64,000 bases of DNA from Eubacteriales bacterium (GCA_045653105.1 JAZOLL010000030.1:536-64535), one strand, 5' to 3'; shown: positions 9,262 to 18,324, counted from the first letter of the stretch. Numbers and translations are program-made. Notes: generated by a model from the sequence alone, not told the origin.

Positions 9262-10139
9262 TTTGCGCTGTCCTCCTTTACGTAGTAGTGCATAAATATC
9301 TCATCAAGCTCGGGATTTGTGATATTCACATCCTCAAACTCAAGTGCTTCGAGCTGTCCGAGAAGCTCTTTGGGCTTACCGCTATAAAGAAAGCTAAGTG
9401 TATCTCCCTCAGCTCTCATATCCTCTGCAAATCTTATCTCGGGCGCTCCCTGTACACCTCGGAGTGTCACGCGCTTAACTCCCGTATGAACTAGATTCTC
9501 CACCTTGTCAGCGGCGAGAATACGCCCCTCGCGGATCACCGCCGCACTCTTGCAATAACGTCCTATCTCGGAGAGTATATGCGAGGAAAGGAACACCGTC
9601 GCGCCCTCCTCGTTTCGCTCGGAGAGTATGCTGTAAAACTCCTTTTGCATCAGAGGATCGAGGCCGCTCGTGGGCTCGTCGAGTATATAAAGCGCGGGTC
9701 TATGCTGAAGAGCCGCTACGATACCCACCTTTTTTCGGTTTCCGAAAGAGAGCTCCTCTACCTTTTTGCCTGTGTCGAGCTCAAGCCTCTCACAGAGCTT
9801 TTTTGCCTCTTCTCTGCAGTCAACACCCCTCAGCTTTGCCGAAAGCGTGAGTATCTCAGATACCCTCATACCGCTATAAAATGCGGCTTCTGAGGGAAGA
9901 TATCCAATGCTTTTCAGTATTTCTACCTTATCCGCTATTATGTCCTTGCCGAGCACGGAGGCACCGCCCTCAGTGGGAGAAATAAGTCCTAAAAGAGTAC
10001 GGATAAGCGTGCTCTTACCTGCCCCGTTAGGACCGATAAAGCCGAAAAAATCCCCCGCTTTAACGCTGAGCGTCACGTCGATTATTCCACGCGAGCTACC
10101 GTAATATTTTGTAAGTCCATAAGTTTCAATCGCGTTCAT
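9258..10139 (-). CDS. ABC transporter ATP-binding protein
   Basis: Walker A GPNGAGKST, signature LSFGNRKK, Walker B LYILDEP. Confidence 0.92.
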   Translation of the reverse strand: MNAIETYGLTKYYGSSRGIIDVTLSVKAGDFFGFIGPNGAGKSTLIRTLLGLISPTEGGASVLGKDIIADKVEILKSIGYLPSEAAFYSGMRVSEILTLSAKLRGVDCREEAKKLCERLELDTGKKVEELSFGNRKKVGIVAALQHRPALYILDEPTSGLDPLMQKEFYSILSERNEEGATVFLSSHILSEIGRYCKSAAVIREGRILAADKVENLVHTGVKRVTLRGVQGAPEIRFAEDMRAEGDTLSFLYSGKPKELLGQLEALEFEDVNITNPELDEIFMHYYVKEDSAK

Positions 10140-10145
10140 ACTGCC

Positions 10146-11249
10146 TCACTTTGCTATTTTCGCAGAAAGCTCTTCATACAGCGCTCTCGTTGTCTCGTCT
10201 GTCTTCTCGCCAATTACTATCACTCGCTCGTCAACTCTCAAAACTATAGATGTTTGGCTCTTTGTGTACGTGTATCGCGTGAACACGCCAAACTCCTCGT
10301 TCTGGAAAGTGCCGAGGAGCAATTTTGCCGAATTGAATCCGCCAACCTTTATTCCTCCGACCTTCTCCCCGCGGAGCTCTATAGAGTCGATATCCTCATA
10401 ATTTATCGTCGTCTCCTGCCAGAAGGTCGCGTCAAGCGTGAGAGAATCATCACCAACCGTAGTCTCCACCTCACCCACGAACATCAAGAAGAAAAGCAAA
10501 ATTGCGAGCAAAACAGAAATAACTATAATAACCGCTCTTGCCTGCTTGGGATTTTTAACTATCTCTTTGTATCCCGCCTCGTAATCCTCCTTTGTCACCT
10601 TTCCTTCTGCAAGCTGACGCTTATAAAATCTGTAGGAATATACCGTAGGAAGAATAGCAATACAAAGTATTATTGCAATAAAGAGGAAGGGCAATATCTT
10701 TTCGGGGAGCGGCATTGCCAAAAGACAAGCAAAGCCTGCCGCCACCATAATCTTTCCGCCAAAGCGGTGAGTAGCCTGCCAGTTCTCGTCATTCGCCTGC
10801 GCCCACTTTATCTTTATGCCCATAGTGAGATTTCTCGTGGTTTTGGGCATATAGTTACCGACTATAATAAACGCCGCGCCAATTATCGCAAGCACCATAA
10901 AGCCGATCTTCGAGGCGTATCCAAGCGCGGTAGCAAACACCATACCGCAGCTGGAGAGCGAGATCACGGGAATTATCCAAAATACAAGTCCCATAACCTT
11001 GTCATTCTGCTCATTTCCCTTATCCATGACCGAGGTGAGTATCACGCAAAGCCAATGTACTGCCAAAAGAATAAGAGGAATCAGAATAAATATAAGCTTT
11101 GGGCTTCCAAATCCGTCAGCCTCACCGCTCAGATTCCAATGTACAGCTATATTTTCGGGAAGTATTTTATCCGCAAAAAATCCGATCAACATAGGAATAA
11201 GAGTTACTACAGAGGATATTATCAACTTTATCTTATTTCTTTTTATCAT
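10146..11249 (-). CDS. SdpI/DUF1648-family membrane protein with C-terminal bacterial PH-like domain
   Basis: Start ATG 11249 overlaps the ArsR stop (ATGA). DUF1648-like N-terminus (LPENIAVHWNLSGEADGFGS). Multiple TM segments, then a soluble C-terminal domain of about 110 aa. Confidence 0.75.
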   Translation of the reverse strand: MIKRNKIKLIISSVVTLIPMLIGFFADKILPENIAVHWNLSGEADGFGSPKLIFILIPLILLAVHWLCVILTSVMDKGNEQNDKVMGLVFWIIPVISLSSCGMVFATALGYASKIGFMVLAIIGAAFIIVGNYMPKTTRNLTMGIKIKWAQANDENWQATHRFGGKIMVAAGFACLLAMPLPEKILPFLFIAIILCIAILPTVYSYRFYKRQLAEGKVTKEDYEAGYKEIVKNPKQARAVIIVISVLLAILLFFLMFVGEVETTVGDDSLTLDATFWQETTINYEDIDSIELRGEKVGGIKVGGFNSAKLLLGTFQNEEFGVFTRYTYTKSQTSIVLRVDERVIVIGEKTDETTRALYEELSAKIAK

Positions 11250-11533
11250 TTCTTCTCTTCTCCTTTCAAATCTGCAATCCAAAGCATTATTTCTTCAAGA
11301 ACCGACGCGTTGAGCTCATAATAAATATATTTTCCCTCGCGCCTGTCTCTTATCAGATCCGCCTCCTTCAAGACTGACAAATGTCTCGAAATAGATGCGC
11401 CCGTGACATCAAAGTGCTCAACTATATCCCCCGCGGACTTTCTGCCCTCCTTTAAAAGATTCAATATCTCGCGGCGTATAGGATCAGAGAGCGCTTTCAT
11501 GGTGTTTTGAAGTCCCATCTTCGTCCTCCTCAT
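11246..11533 (-). CDS. ArsR/SdpR-family transcriptional regulator
   Basis: 95 aa winged-HTH protein (ALSDPIRREILNLLKEGRKSAGDIVEHFDVTGASISRHLSVLKEADLI). RBS GAGGAGG upstream. Confidence 0.9.
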   Translation of the reverse strand: MRRTKMGLQNTMKALSDPIRREILNLLKEGRKSAGDIVEHFDVTGASISRHLSVLKEADLIRDRREGKYIYYELNASVLEEIMLWIADLKGEEKK

Positions 11534-11536
11534 TTA

Positions 11537-11589
11537 ACATTTAACCTAATTGTTAAATGTATTATAGCACATAAAAAGCATATTGTCAA
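11537..11589 (-). promoter_or_regulatory. Promoter plus palindromic operator of the arsR-sdpI-ABC operon
   Basis: On the minus strand: TTGACA (11584-11589), 17 nt spacer, TGC-TATAAT (11561-11566). A perfect 9 bp inverted repeat ACATTTAAC-N6-GTTAAATGT (11537-11560) follows directly. Confidence 0.8.
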
Positions 11590-11613
11590 GGATTTTGAGA
11601 TATTCTTAAAAGG

Positions 11614-11654
11614 AAAAATAAAAAGGCCCCACCAAAAGCCAGGGCTTTTGATGG
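11614..11654 (-). terminator. Rho-independent terminator downstream of oppA
   Basis: Minus strand CCATCAAAAGCC / GGCTTTTGGTGG stem followed by GGCCTTTTTATTTTT. Confidence 0.75.
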
Positions 11655-11759
11655 CGCGCTTTAAACTTCAGTTAAAAAGCATACACTTATGTGTTAAAAC
11701 AAAGTTAAAGTGCAATGTAAGTTTCAACGCTGTATAAGCAGCTCTTTCTTTAACTTCAA

Positions 11760-13586
11760 TTATTTGTAGTACTTCTTGAGGATCTCAAGAGCCTTCTCAA
11801 CGTTAGCCTCGAAAGCTTCCTCGCTTACATCATAGTAACCGTCGAAGTTGTCTGTTGTGCTACCTGCGTTCTTGTAGAACTCCTTGCCGTCTGCATCAGT
11901 CATACCCATAGCAACGAAGGAGGAAGCGGGAAGCTGTCCGCCCTGAGCTACGTCGTTAACGATGTAGTTACGGTCGAAGAGGAGAGAGATTGCGTTACGG
12001 ATCTCAGCCTGAGCCTTTTCAGCCTCAACGCCTGTGAGTGTAGATCCCTCGGGAAGAATGTTCTCGTTGATGTTCCAGCATACATAGTATGTACCGATCT
12101 GACCAGCGATTACGAACTCACCCTTGTAGTCCTTCTTGAGGTTAGCGATCTCGTTTGTGGGAACGTCATCAATGAGGAGCCATGTGCCGTTCTTGAAGTT
12201 TGCAAGCATGTTGTTTGCATCATCAGAAAGGTGGCACTTGATCTCGGGCATTGTAACTTCAGCAGCACCGTGGAAGTTAGCGTTCTTTGTGAGTGTGATT
12301 ACAGAGTTGTGTGTCCAAGCAGAGATTGTGTATGCACCGTTGCAAACATATGTCTCAGGCTCAGCTGCCCATTCAATAGGCTCACCATCTTCGTCAACTG
12401 CCTCTACAGCAGGAGCGTATACAGGGTAGTATGTCGGGAATGCGAGAAGCTCGTTCCAGTAGGATACCTCGTTAGCAAGTGTAACCTGAAGAGTTGTAGC
12501 GTCAAGAGCCTCAACTGCGAGGCCGTCCTTGTCATCTGTGCCGTAGCCCTTAACTACTTCGAACATGTAGCCGTAGTCAGCACCGAGTTCTGCAGAAGCA
12601 GCTCTCTTCCAAGCATACTCAAAGTCCTCAGCGGTAACGTCAGCGCCGTTGCTCCACTTCATACCAGACTTGAGTGTGTATGTGTATGTAACTGTTCCAT
12701 CAGCGTTCTTTACACCCTCAACGAGCTCTGTAGCAGCGTCAGCAACGATAACGAGGTTACCATTGGAATCCTGTGCCCACTTTGCGAGACCGGAGAAGAG
12801 GTGTGCGAGCATTGTAGCACCGTCAACTGCGCTGTTGAGAGCGGGGTCGATAGTGTCAGGCTCAGAGGAGAGACATACGTCGAGAGTTGTCTTGCCCTCT
12901 ACTGTTGTGTACATGAAGTACTTGTAGCCGAGAGGGTTAGAGAAGAATCCCTTAACGCTGTCGTCAACCATGTAAAGGTCTGTGTAGTAGTAGAGAGGAA
13001 CGATACAACCTGTAGCCATAAGCATATCCTCAGCGATGTGCATAAGGGCATAACGTGTGTCCTTGTCTGTGCAACCCTTGATTGTGGAGATAAGAACGTC
13101 GTATGTCTCTGCCCATGTGCCGTTTGTTACCTTAACAGCCTTATCTCCGAGAACGGAAGCGTAAGCTGTGAGGTCGAGGTTGTACATCTTAAGAGTTGCG
13201 TGAGCACCCTTACCGAACTGAACGTCGTTGTTACCGGATCCACTTGTCCACATATCGAGGAAGCATATCGGATCGTTGTAGTCAGCGAGCCAGCCGTTAC
13301 GTGCGATGGAGTAGTTACCATCTTTACGTGTGTTAAGGAATGTGTTCCACTCCTGGTTCTCAAGGTTCATTGTGATACCGAAGTTTGCGAGAGCAGACTG
13401 GAGGTACTCACCGATTACCTTGTGACCTTCAGATGTGTTGTAAAGGTATGTAAGTGTGGGGAAGTTGCTGAACTTTACAGCTTCCTCTGTCTGAGGACCC
13501 TTATCATCGGTGTTCTTCTTACCGCAGGATACCATCATAGTGAGAAGCATAAGTACAGCAAGTACGATTGCCAAAAACTTTTTCAT
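11760..13586 (-). CDS. oppA: Oligopeptide ABC transporter substrate-binding lipoprotein (family 5), with circularly permuted segment order
   Basis: Start ATG 13586 (MKKFLAIV..., lipobox MVSCG). Family-5 SBP blocks are present, but the canonical C-terminal block (NQEWN...GWLADYNDPICFLDMW...PLYYYTD) comes before the canonical N-terminal block (TLDVCLSSEPDTIDPA...KWSNGADVTAEDFEYAWKR). Confidence 0.88.
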   Translation of the reverse strand: MKKFLAIVLAVLMLLTMMVSCGKKNTDDKGPQTEEAVKFSNFPTLTYLYNTSEGHKVIGEYLQSALANFGITMNLENQEWNTFLNTRKDGNYSIARNGWLADYNDPICFLDMWTSGSGNNDVQFGKGAHATLKMYNLDLTAYASVLGDKAVKVTNGTWAETYDVLISTIKGCTDKDTRYALMHIAEDMLMATGCIVPLYYYTDLYMVDDSVKGFFSNPLGYKYFMYTTVEGKTTLDVCLSSEPDTIDPALNSAVDGATMLAHLFSGLAKWAQDSNGNLVIVADAATELVEGVKNADGTVTYTYTLKSGMKWSNGADVTAEDFEYAWKRAASAELGADYGYMFEVVKGYGTDDKDGLAVEALDATTLQVTLANEVSYWNELLAFPTYYPVYAPAVEAVDEDGEPIEWAAEPETYVCNGAYTISAWTHNSVITLTKNANFHGAAEVTMPEIKCHLSDDANNMLANFKNGTWLLIDDVPTNEIANLKKDYKGEFVIAGQIGTYYVCWNINENILPEGSTLTGVEAEKAQAEIRNAISLLFDRNYIVNDVAQGGQLPASSFVAMGMTDADGKEFYKNAGSTTDNFDGYYDVSEEAFEANVEKALEILKKYYK

Positions 13587-13688
13587 AGTAAAAAATCCTT
13601 TCGTTTTTTTTATGTTTTTTTGGGCCTTATATTTTCTGTACGTTGGAGAAAGCATTGCACCTCTATCTCCGAACAGTAGAGAACTGAA

Positions 13689-14684
13689 TTAGTTTATTTC
13701 TGCCACACGGTGGCAAGCGACAAAGTGTCCCTTAGACACTTCCTTGAATTCGGGCATCGCCTCTGCGCACTGAGCTGTCGCATAAGGACAACGTGTGCGG
13801 AAAGGACAACCCGAGGGAGCGTTGAGCGGACTGGGGATATCACCCTCGAGAGGTATTCTCACGTTTGCGCGGGCGATCTTGGGGTCCGGCACGGGAACTG
13901 CGGACATAAGTGCCTTGGAATAGGGGTGGAGCGGATGATCGTAGATCTCGGCAGCGTCTGCCATCTCAACCATCTTACCGAGGTACATGACCGCGATTCT
14001 GTCACTTATATGACGAACGACGAGAAGGTCGTGCGCGATAAACAAATAGGAAAGTCCGAGCTTCTCCTGGAGCTCACCGAACATATTGATGACCTGTGCC
14101 TGAATAGACACGTCGAGTGCGGATACAGGCTCGTCACAAACGATAAACTCGGGGTTTATCGCAAGCGCTCTCGCGATACCGATTCTCTGTCTCTGTCCTC
14201 CGGAGAACTCGTGAGCGTATCTTGATGCGTGCTCACTGTTAAGTCCAACGCTGTTCATAAGCTCAAGAACCTTTTCCTGACGCTCTTCCTTTGAGGAGTA
14301 GAGTTTATGGATATCAAGAGGCTCTGCAATGATATCAGCAACTGTCATACGGGGGTTAAGAGAGGAATACGGATCCTGGAAAACCATAGCGGCTTTCTTT
14401 CTGAACTCAAGGATATCCTCCTTTGTCTCGATCTTCTTTCCTTTATAGTATATCTCACCCGCCGTAGGCTTGTAAAGATGCAAAAGTGTTCTACCTGCTG
14501 TAGTCTTTCCACATCCGGACTCACCGACAAGACCGAGAGTCTCACCCTTGTTGATGCTGAAGGAAACGCCGTCAACAGCCTTGAGGGGCTTTGTGCGGAA
14601 CATTCCGACATTGATGTTAAAGTGCTGCTTTAGATCCTTGACTTCTACGAGGGGAGCATCATTCTGGAATTCAAAATCATTCAT
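13689..14684 (-). CDS. oppF: Oligopeptide ABC transporter ATP-binding protein OppF
   Basis: Walker A GESGCGKTT, signature FSGGQRQR, Walker B FIVCDEP, and the C-terminal oligopeptide-type extension with Cys motif (CPFRTRCPYA). Confidence 0.92.
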   Translation of the reverse strand: MNDFEFQNDAPLVEVKDLKQHFNINVGMFRTKPLKAVDGVSFSINKGETLGLVGESGCGKTTAGRTLLHLYKPTAGEIYYKGKKIETKEDILEFRKKAAMVFQDPYSSLNPRMTVADIIAEPLDIHKLYSSKEERQEKVLELMNSVGLNSEHASRYAHEFSGGQRQRIGIARALAINPEFIVCDEPVSALDVSIQAQVINMFGELQEKLGLSYLFIAHDLLVVRHISDRIAVMYLGKMVEMADAAEIYDHPLHPYSKALMSAVPVPDPKIARANVRIPLEGDIPSPLNAPSGCPFRTRCPYATAQCAEAMPEFKEVSKGHFVACHRVAEIN

Positions 14685-15723
14685 TTTCTGTTTCCTCCTC
14701 TGTCAAAGCTTCTTTTTCTTCCTTTTCGTCAAGAGAGATCTTTCCCTCTTCAACCGCAAGCTTTACGTTCATCCAGCAAGTAGCGTGGTGATCGCAGTTT
14801 ATCTCCATACGCTCTGCAGGATGAGAGAGGCATATCTTCATAGCCGCATCACATCTGGGAGCAAAAGGACAGCCCGCAGGCATATTCAAAAGGTCGATAG
14901 GAGTACCCGTAATAGGCTGGAGGGGTTCTCCGTCGTTAGTTGTTGTAGGAATAGATCTTATAAGTCCCTTTGTGTACTCATGGCGGGGGTTGTAGAATAT
15001 CTCGTCAGCAGTTCCCTGCTCACAGATAGATCCCGCGTACATAACGATGACCTCATCACACATCTGGGCAACGACACGAAGGACGTGAGTGATGATAATG
15101 ATCGCCATTCCAAGCTCGCGCTGGAGAGAGCCCATAAGCTCGAGTATCTGTGCCTGAATGGTAACGTCAAGAGCGGTCGTAGGCTCGTCGGCGATAAGGA
15201 TATCAGGCTCGCAAGCAAGCGCCATCGCGATAACTATACGCTGACGCATACCGCCCGAGAACTCGTAGGGGTACTGATTCATTCTCTTTTCAGGCTCATT
15301 GATATTAACGAGACGAAGCATCTCTATTGCTCGCTCTTTAGCCTGCTTTCTGTTTCTGGGGGTGTGGAGCATTATAGCTTCCATAAGCTGATGACCTATA
15401 GTATAAGTCGGGTTGAGAGAGGTCATAGGGTCCTGGAAGATTATAGAGACCTTATTTCCGCGAACGGTCTTCATAACCTTCTCACCCGCGCCGACGAGCT
15501 CCTGTCCGTCAAGCTTTATAGAAGAACCTTCTTTGATCTTTGCTGTAGATGCAAGGATCTGCATTATAGAGTAAGCGGTTACGGATTTTCCCGAGCCCGA
15601 CTCACCCACGATTCCAAGTACTTTACCGTGATCGAGGTTGAAGGAGATACCGTTTACGGCACGAACCTCACCTGCGTCGGTAAAGAAAGACGTCTGTAAA
15701 TTTCTAACTTCAAGTAAAGCCAT
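14677..15723 (-). CDS. oppD: Oligopeptide ABC transporter ATP-binding protein OppD
   Basis: Walker A GESGSGKSV, signature FSGGMRQR, Walker B ILIADEPTT. Overlaps oppF by 8 nt. Confidence 0.92.
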   Translation of the reverse strand: MALLEVRNLQTSFFTDAGEVRAVNGISFNLDHGKVLGIVGESGSGKSVTAYSIMQILASTAKIKEGSSIKLDGQELVGAGEKVMKTVRGNKVSIIFQDPMTSLNPTYTIGHQLMEAIMLHTPRNRKQAKERAIEMLRLVNINEPEKRMNQYPYEFSGGMRQRIVIAMALACEPDILIADEPTTALDVTIQAQILELMGSLQRELGMAIIIITHVLRVVAQMCDEVIVMYAGSICEQGTADEIFYNPRHEYTKGLIRSIPTTTNDGEPLQPITGTPIDLLNMPAGCPFAPRCDAAMKICLSHPAERMEINCDHHATCWMNVKLAVEEGKISLDEKEEKEALTEEETENE

Positions 15724-15742
15724 TTTTTCTTACCGTCCTTTC

Positions 15743-17149
15743 TTAACCGTTGAGCTTGGGGTCGAACGCATCGCGGAGACCGTCGCCAAAGAGATTGAGC
15801 GAAAGTACTATCAGCGAGATAACGATCGCGGGAATTATCAGACGGTAGGGATACGAGGAGATACCGTTGAGCGCGTCGGATGCGAGAGATCCGAGAGAAG
15901 GCATCGGAGCGTTTACGCCGAGACCGAGGAAGGAGAGATAGCTCTCTGTAAAAATCGCGCTGGGTATCTGAAGTGCTGTGGAAATGATAATAACACTGAT
16001 ACAGTTGGGAACGAGGTGCTTGCGGATTATCCAGCCGCTCTTAGCACCGGATGCGCGAGCGGAGAGTACGTACTCCTGCTCACGAAGTGAGAGTATCTGT
16101 CCGCGGATAAGACGGGACATAGATACCCAGTAAAGAAGTCCGAATACTATAAACAAGCTTATAATATTGCTTCCTATCTTTTCAAGAACAGTTCCTTCGA
16201 TGACGTCCCCGAGAAGCAGCTTCATAACAGAAGCAAGCAAGATGACCATAAGCATATCCGGAAGCGCGTAAATGATATCAACGATACGCATGATGACAAG
16301 GTCAACAACACCGCCGCAGTAACCTGCGATAGCGCCGATAAGCATACCGAGAATAAGAACTATGATACTTGCAAAAAGACCGACAGCGAGAGATACTCTC
16401 ATACCGTAAACGACACGGATGAGGTAATCACGACCGTGCGAATCTGTTCCGAAAACATGGGGGAATACCTTTTCTGTCTCTCCCTCATAACCGCGGAAGA
16501 AAACAAGGTGATATCCGTCATCACCCTCTATAAGGGCAACGTCTCCTGCGTTACGTACGGATTTTGAACCATCCATTTCCCAAAGCCAAGAAGCCACAGC
16601 CTTTGCCTTTGAGTAGCTTATGTTCTTTACGCCGTCTCGCTTTTTGTAATCTATGGTCAGTTCCTCAGAAGTCTCATTTGAGAGAGCTATAAAATCAGCC
16701 TCTGTTTTTCCGCTTCCCTCATATTTATTATAAAGAGATTCTGCGAACACCTTTGCCTTAGCATTATACTCTTCATCTGTAAGTTCTTTGGATACTAATA
16801 TCTCGTGGATATTTGCTGTACCAAACATCTTAACACCCTCGGCATCCGAATACTCAAAGGGCGCGAGGTTGTTATAGGAAGAGTCCATCTTTCCCGTCTT
16901 GGGGTTCATTCCAAGCATCTGGTCATAGCCGTAGGGCCATACCATAGGAAGGATTATGCAGGAAAGTGTAAGGATGACAATAACGAAAAAGCTTACTGTT
17001 GCGACCTTGTTTTTGAGAAGTCGCTTAACTCCGTCCTTGAAGAATGTGGAGGGCGGACGCATCTGAACCATATATTCTTTATCTGCTTCTGTTGCAGGCA
17101 GAAAAGAATCTACGTCAACGTGAAAGGAAAAAGGGTTTTTCTTCTTCAT
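15743..17149 (-). CDS. oppC: Oligopeptide ABC transporter permease OppC with a roughly 130 aa extracytoplasmic insertion
   Basis: The C-terminal 240 aa is canonical OppC/DppC (EAA-like loop QEYVLSARASGAKSGWIIRKHLVPN). Between TM1 and the FGTDxxGRD motif there is an extra domain (aa ~98-228) not present in 300 aa OppC proteins. Confidence 0.88.
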   Translation of the reverse strand: MKKKNPFSFHVDVDSFLPATEADKEYMVQMRPPSTFFKDGVKRLLKNKVATVSFFVIVILTLSCIILPMVWPYGYDQMLGMNPKTGKMDSSYNNLAPFEYSDAEGVKMFGTANIHEILVSKELTDEEYNAKAKVFAESLYNKYEGSGKTEADFIALSNETSEELTIDYKKRDGVKNISYSKAKAVASWLWEMDGSKSVRNAGDVALIEGDDGYHLVFFRGYEGETEKVFPHVFGTDSHGRDYLIRVVYGMRVSLAVGLFASIIVLILGMLIGAIAGYCGGVVDLVIMRIVDIIYALPDMLMVILLASVMKLLLGDVIEGTVLEKIGSNIISLFIVFGLLYWVSMSRLIRGQILSLREQEYVLSARASGAKSGWIIRKHLVPNCISVIIISTALQIPSAIFTESYLSFLGLGVNAPMPSLGSLASDALNGISSYPYRLIIPAIVISLIVLSLNLFGDGLRDAFDPKLNG

Positions 17150-17167
17150 TTTACTTACTGCTCTCCT

Positions 17168-18097
17168 TTACTCAAGATTTATACGAGGATCGACTACCTT
17201 ATAGAGTATGTCACCGATAAGGTTCATGATAACGATCAACGCGGACAGAATTATAGTTGTACCCATGATAAGCGGATAGTCACGGTTTGTTATGCTGCTG
17301 ACGAAGGCGCGTCCGATTCCGGGGACGGCAAAGATCTGCTCAACAACAAGAGAGCCTGTAACGATGTACGCAAGCATAGGACCAAAGTATGTGATAACGG
17401 GGATAAGGGAGTTCTTCAGCGCGTGACCGAAGATGATCTTGGGAGCGGACACACCTTTCGCCTTTGCGGTTCTGATGTAGTCCTGTCCGAGAACGTCAAG
17501 CATAGAAGAACGGGTAAGACGCGTGATATACGCGGTCGGATAAAGCGCGAGTGTTATAATAGGAAGGACAAGTCCCGCCGCGGTCTCTCCATTTGCGGGT
17601 AGTACTTGTAGCTTTACCGCAAACACAAGCAGTAATATCGATCCCATAATAAAGGAAGGCATCGAAACAAACGCCGTGGTGATGACCATGATAACACGGT
17701 CGATAAACTTGTTACGGCGGAGCGCCGCAACAGAACCGAGAACCACGCCGATAACAAGAGCCGAGCTTGCCGCAATAACACCGAGCTTTGCGGAAGTCTT
17801 CATACCGTCAGCGATTATATCGATAACCTCTCTACCTCTCTGCTTGAGGGAGGGACCGAAATCAAAATCGGTTACGATATCCTTCAAATATGTAGTGTAC
17901 TGCTCGAACAAGGGCTTGTCGAGACCGTATTTTTCATTGAGTGCTGCCATAGCCTGCTCTGTGAGAGCTTTTTCACCGAGGAAGGGGCCTCCGGGCACAG
18001 CGTGCATAACGAAGAAGGTTACCGTGATAACCACCCATACCGTCAGTATAGCAAGTAATATTCGCTTGACTATGTAGAGCATAGTTTTGGAATTCAT
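17168..18097 (-). CDS. oppB: Oligopeptide ABC transporter permease OppB
   Basis: Canonical OppB/DppB start (LYIVKRILLAILTVWVVITVTFFVMHAVPGGPF). Start taken at ATG 18097; ATG 18082 is an alternative. Confidence 0.88.
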   Translation of the reverse strand: MNSKTMLYIVKRILLAILTVWVVITVTFFVMHAVPGGPFLGEKALTEQAMAALNEKYGLDKPLFEQYTTYLKDIVTDFDFGPSLKQRGREVIDIIADGMKTSAKLGVIAASSALVIGVVLGSVAALRRNKFIDRVIMVITTAFVSMPSFIMGSILLLVFAVKLQVLPANGETAAGLVLPIITLALYPTAYITRLTRSSMLDVLGQDYIRTAKAKGVSAPKIIFGHALKNSLIPVITYFGPMLAYIVTGSLVVEQIFAVPGIGRAFVSSITNRDYPLIMGTTIILSALIVIMNLIGDILYKVVDPRINLE

Positions 18098-18192
18098 AAT
18101 AAAGAGAACAGTCCTTTCTTGAGTGGCAAAAAGTGCAAAAAAGCACCAAAAAACCACTTTTATTTCATTTTAACAATAGAATTATACATTGT

Positions 18193-18221
18193 AGTATATC
18201 ACATCTTTTTTCTTTTGTCAA
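18193..18221 (-). promoter_or_regulatory. SigA-type promoter of the opp operon
   Basis: Minus strand TTGACA (18216-18221), 17 nt spacer, TGA-TATACT (18193-18198). Confidence 0.75.
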
Positions 18222-18324
18222 CACATTTCGCTTTATTTAACTAAATTCTTGTTGTGTTTTATTTCTGTAAATGCTGCTATATCCCTCCATTTTTTAAAAA
18301 ATTTTAATTTTTTTCAAAAATCCA

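Noticed and set aside
12231-13679. 482 aa ORF on the plus strand, antisense to oppA.
   Set aside because: It is a shadow ORF lying entirely within a well-supported family-5 SBP gene. It has an odd C/V/S/L-rich composition, no RBS and no recognisable family. Such long antisense frames are expected from the codon bias of the sense gene.
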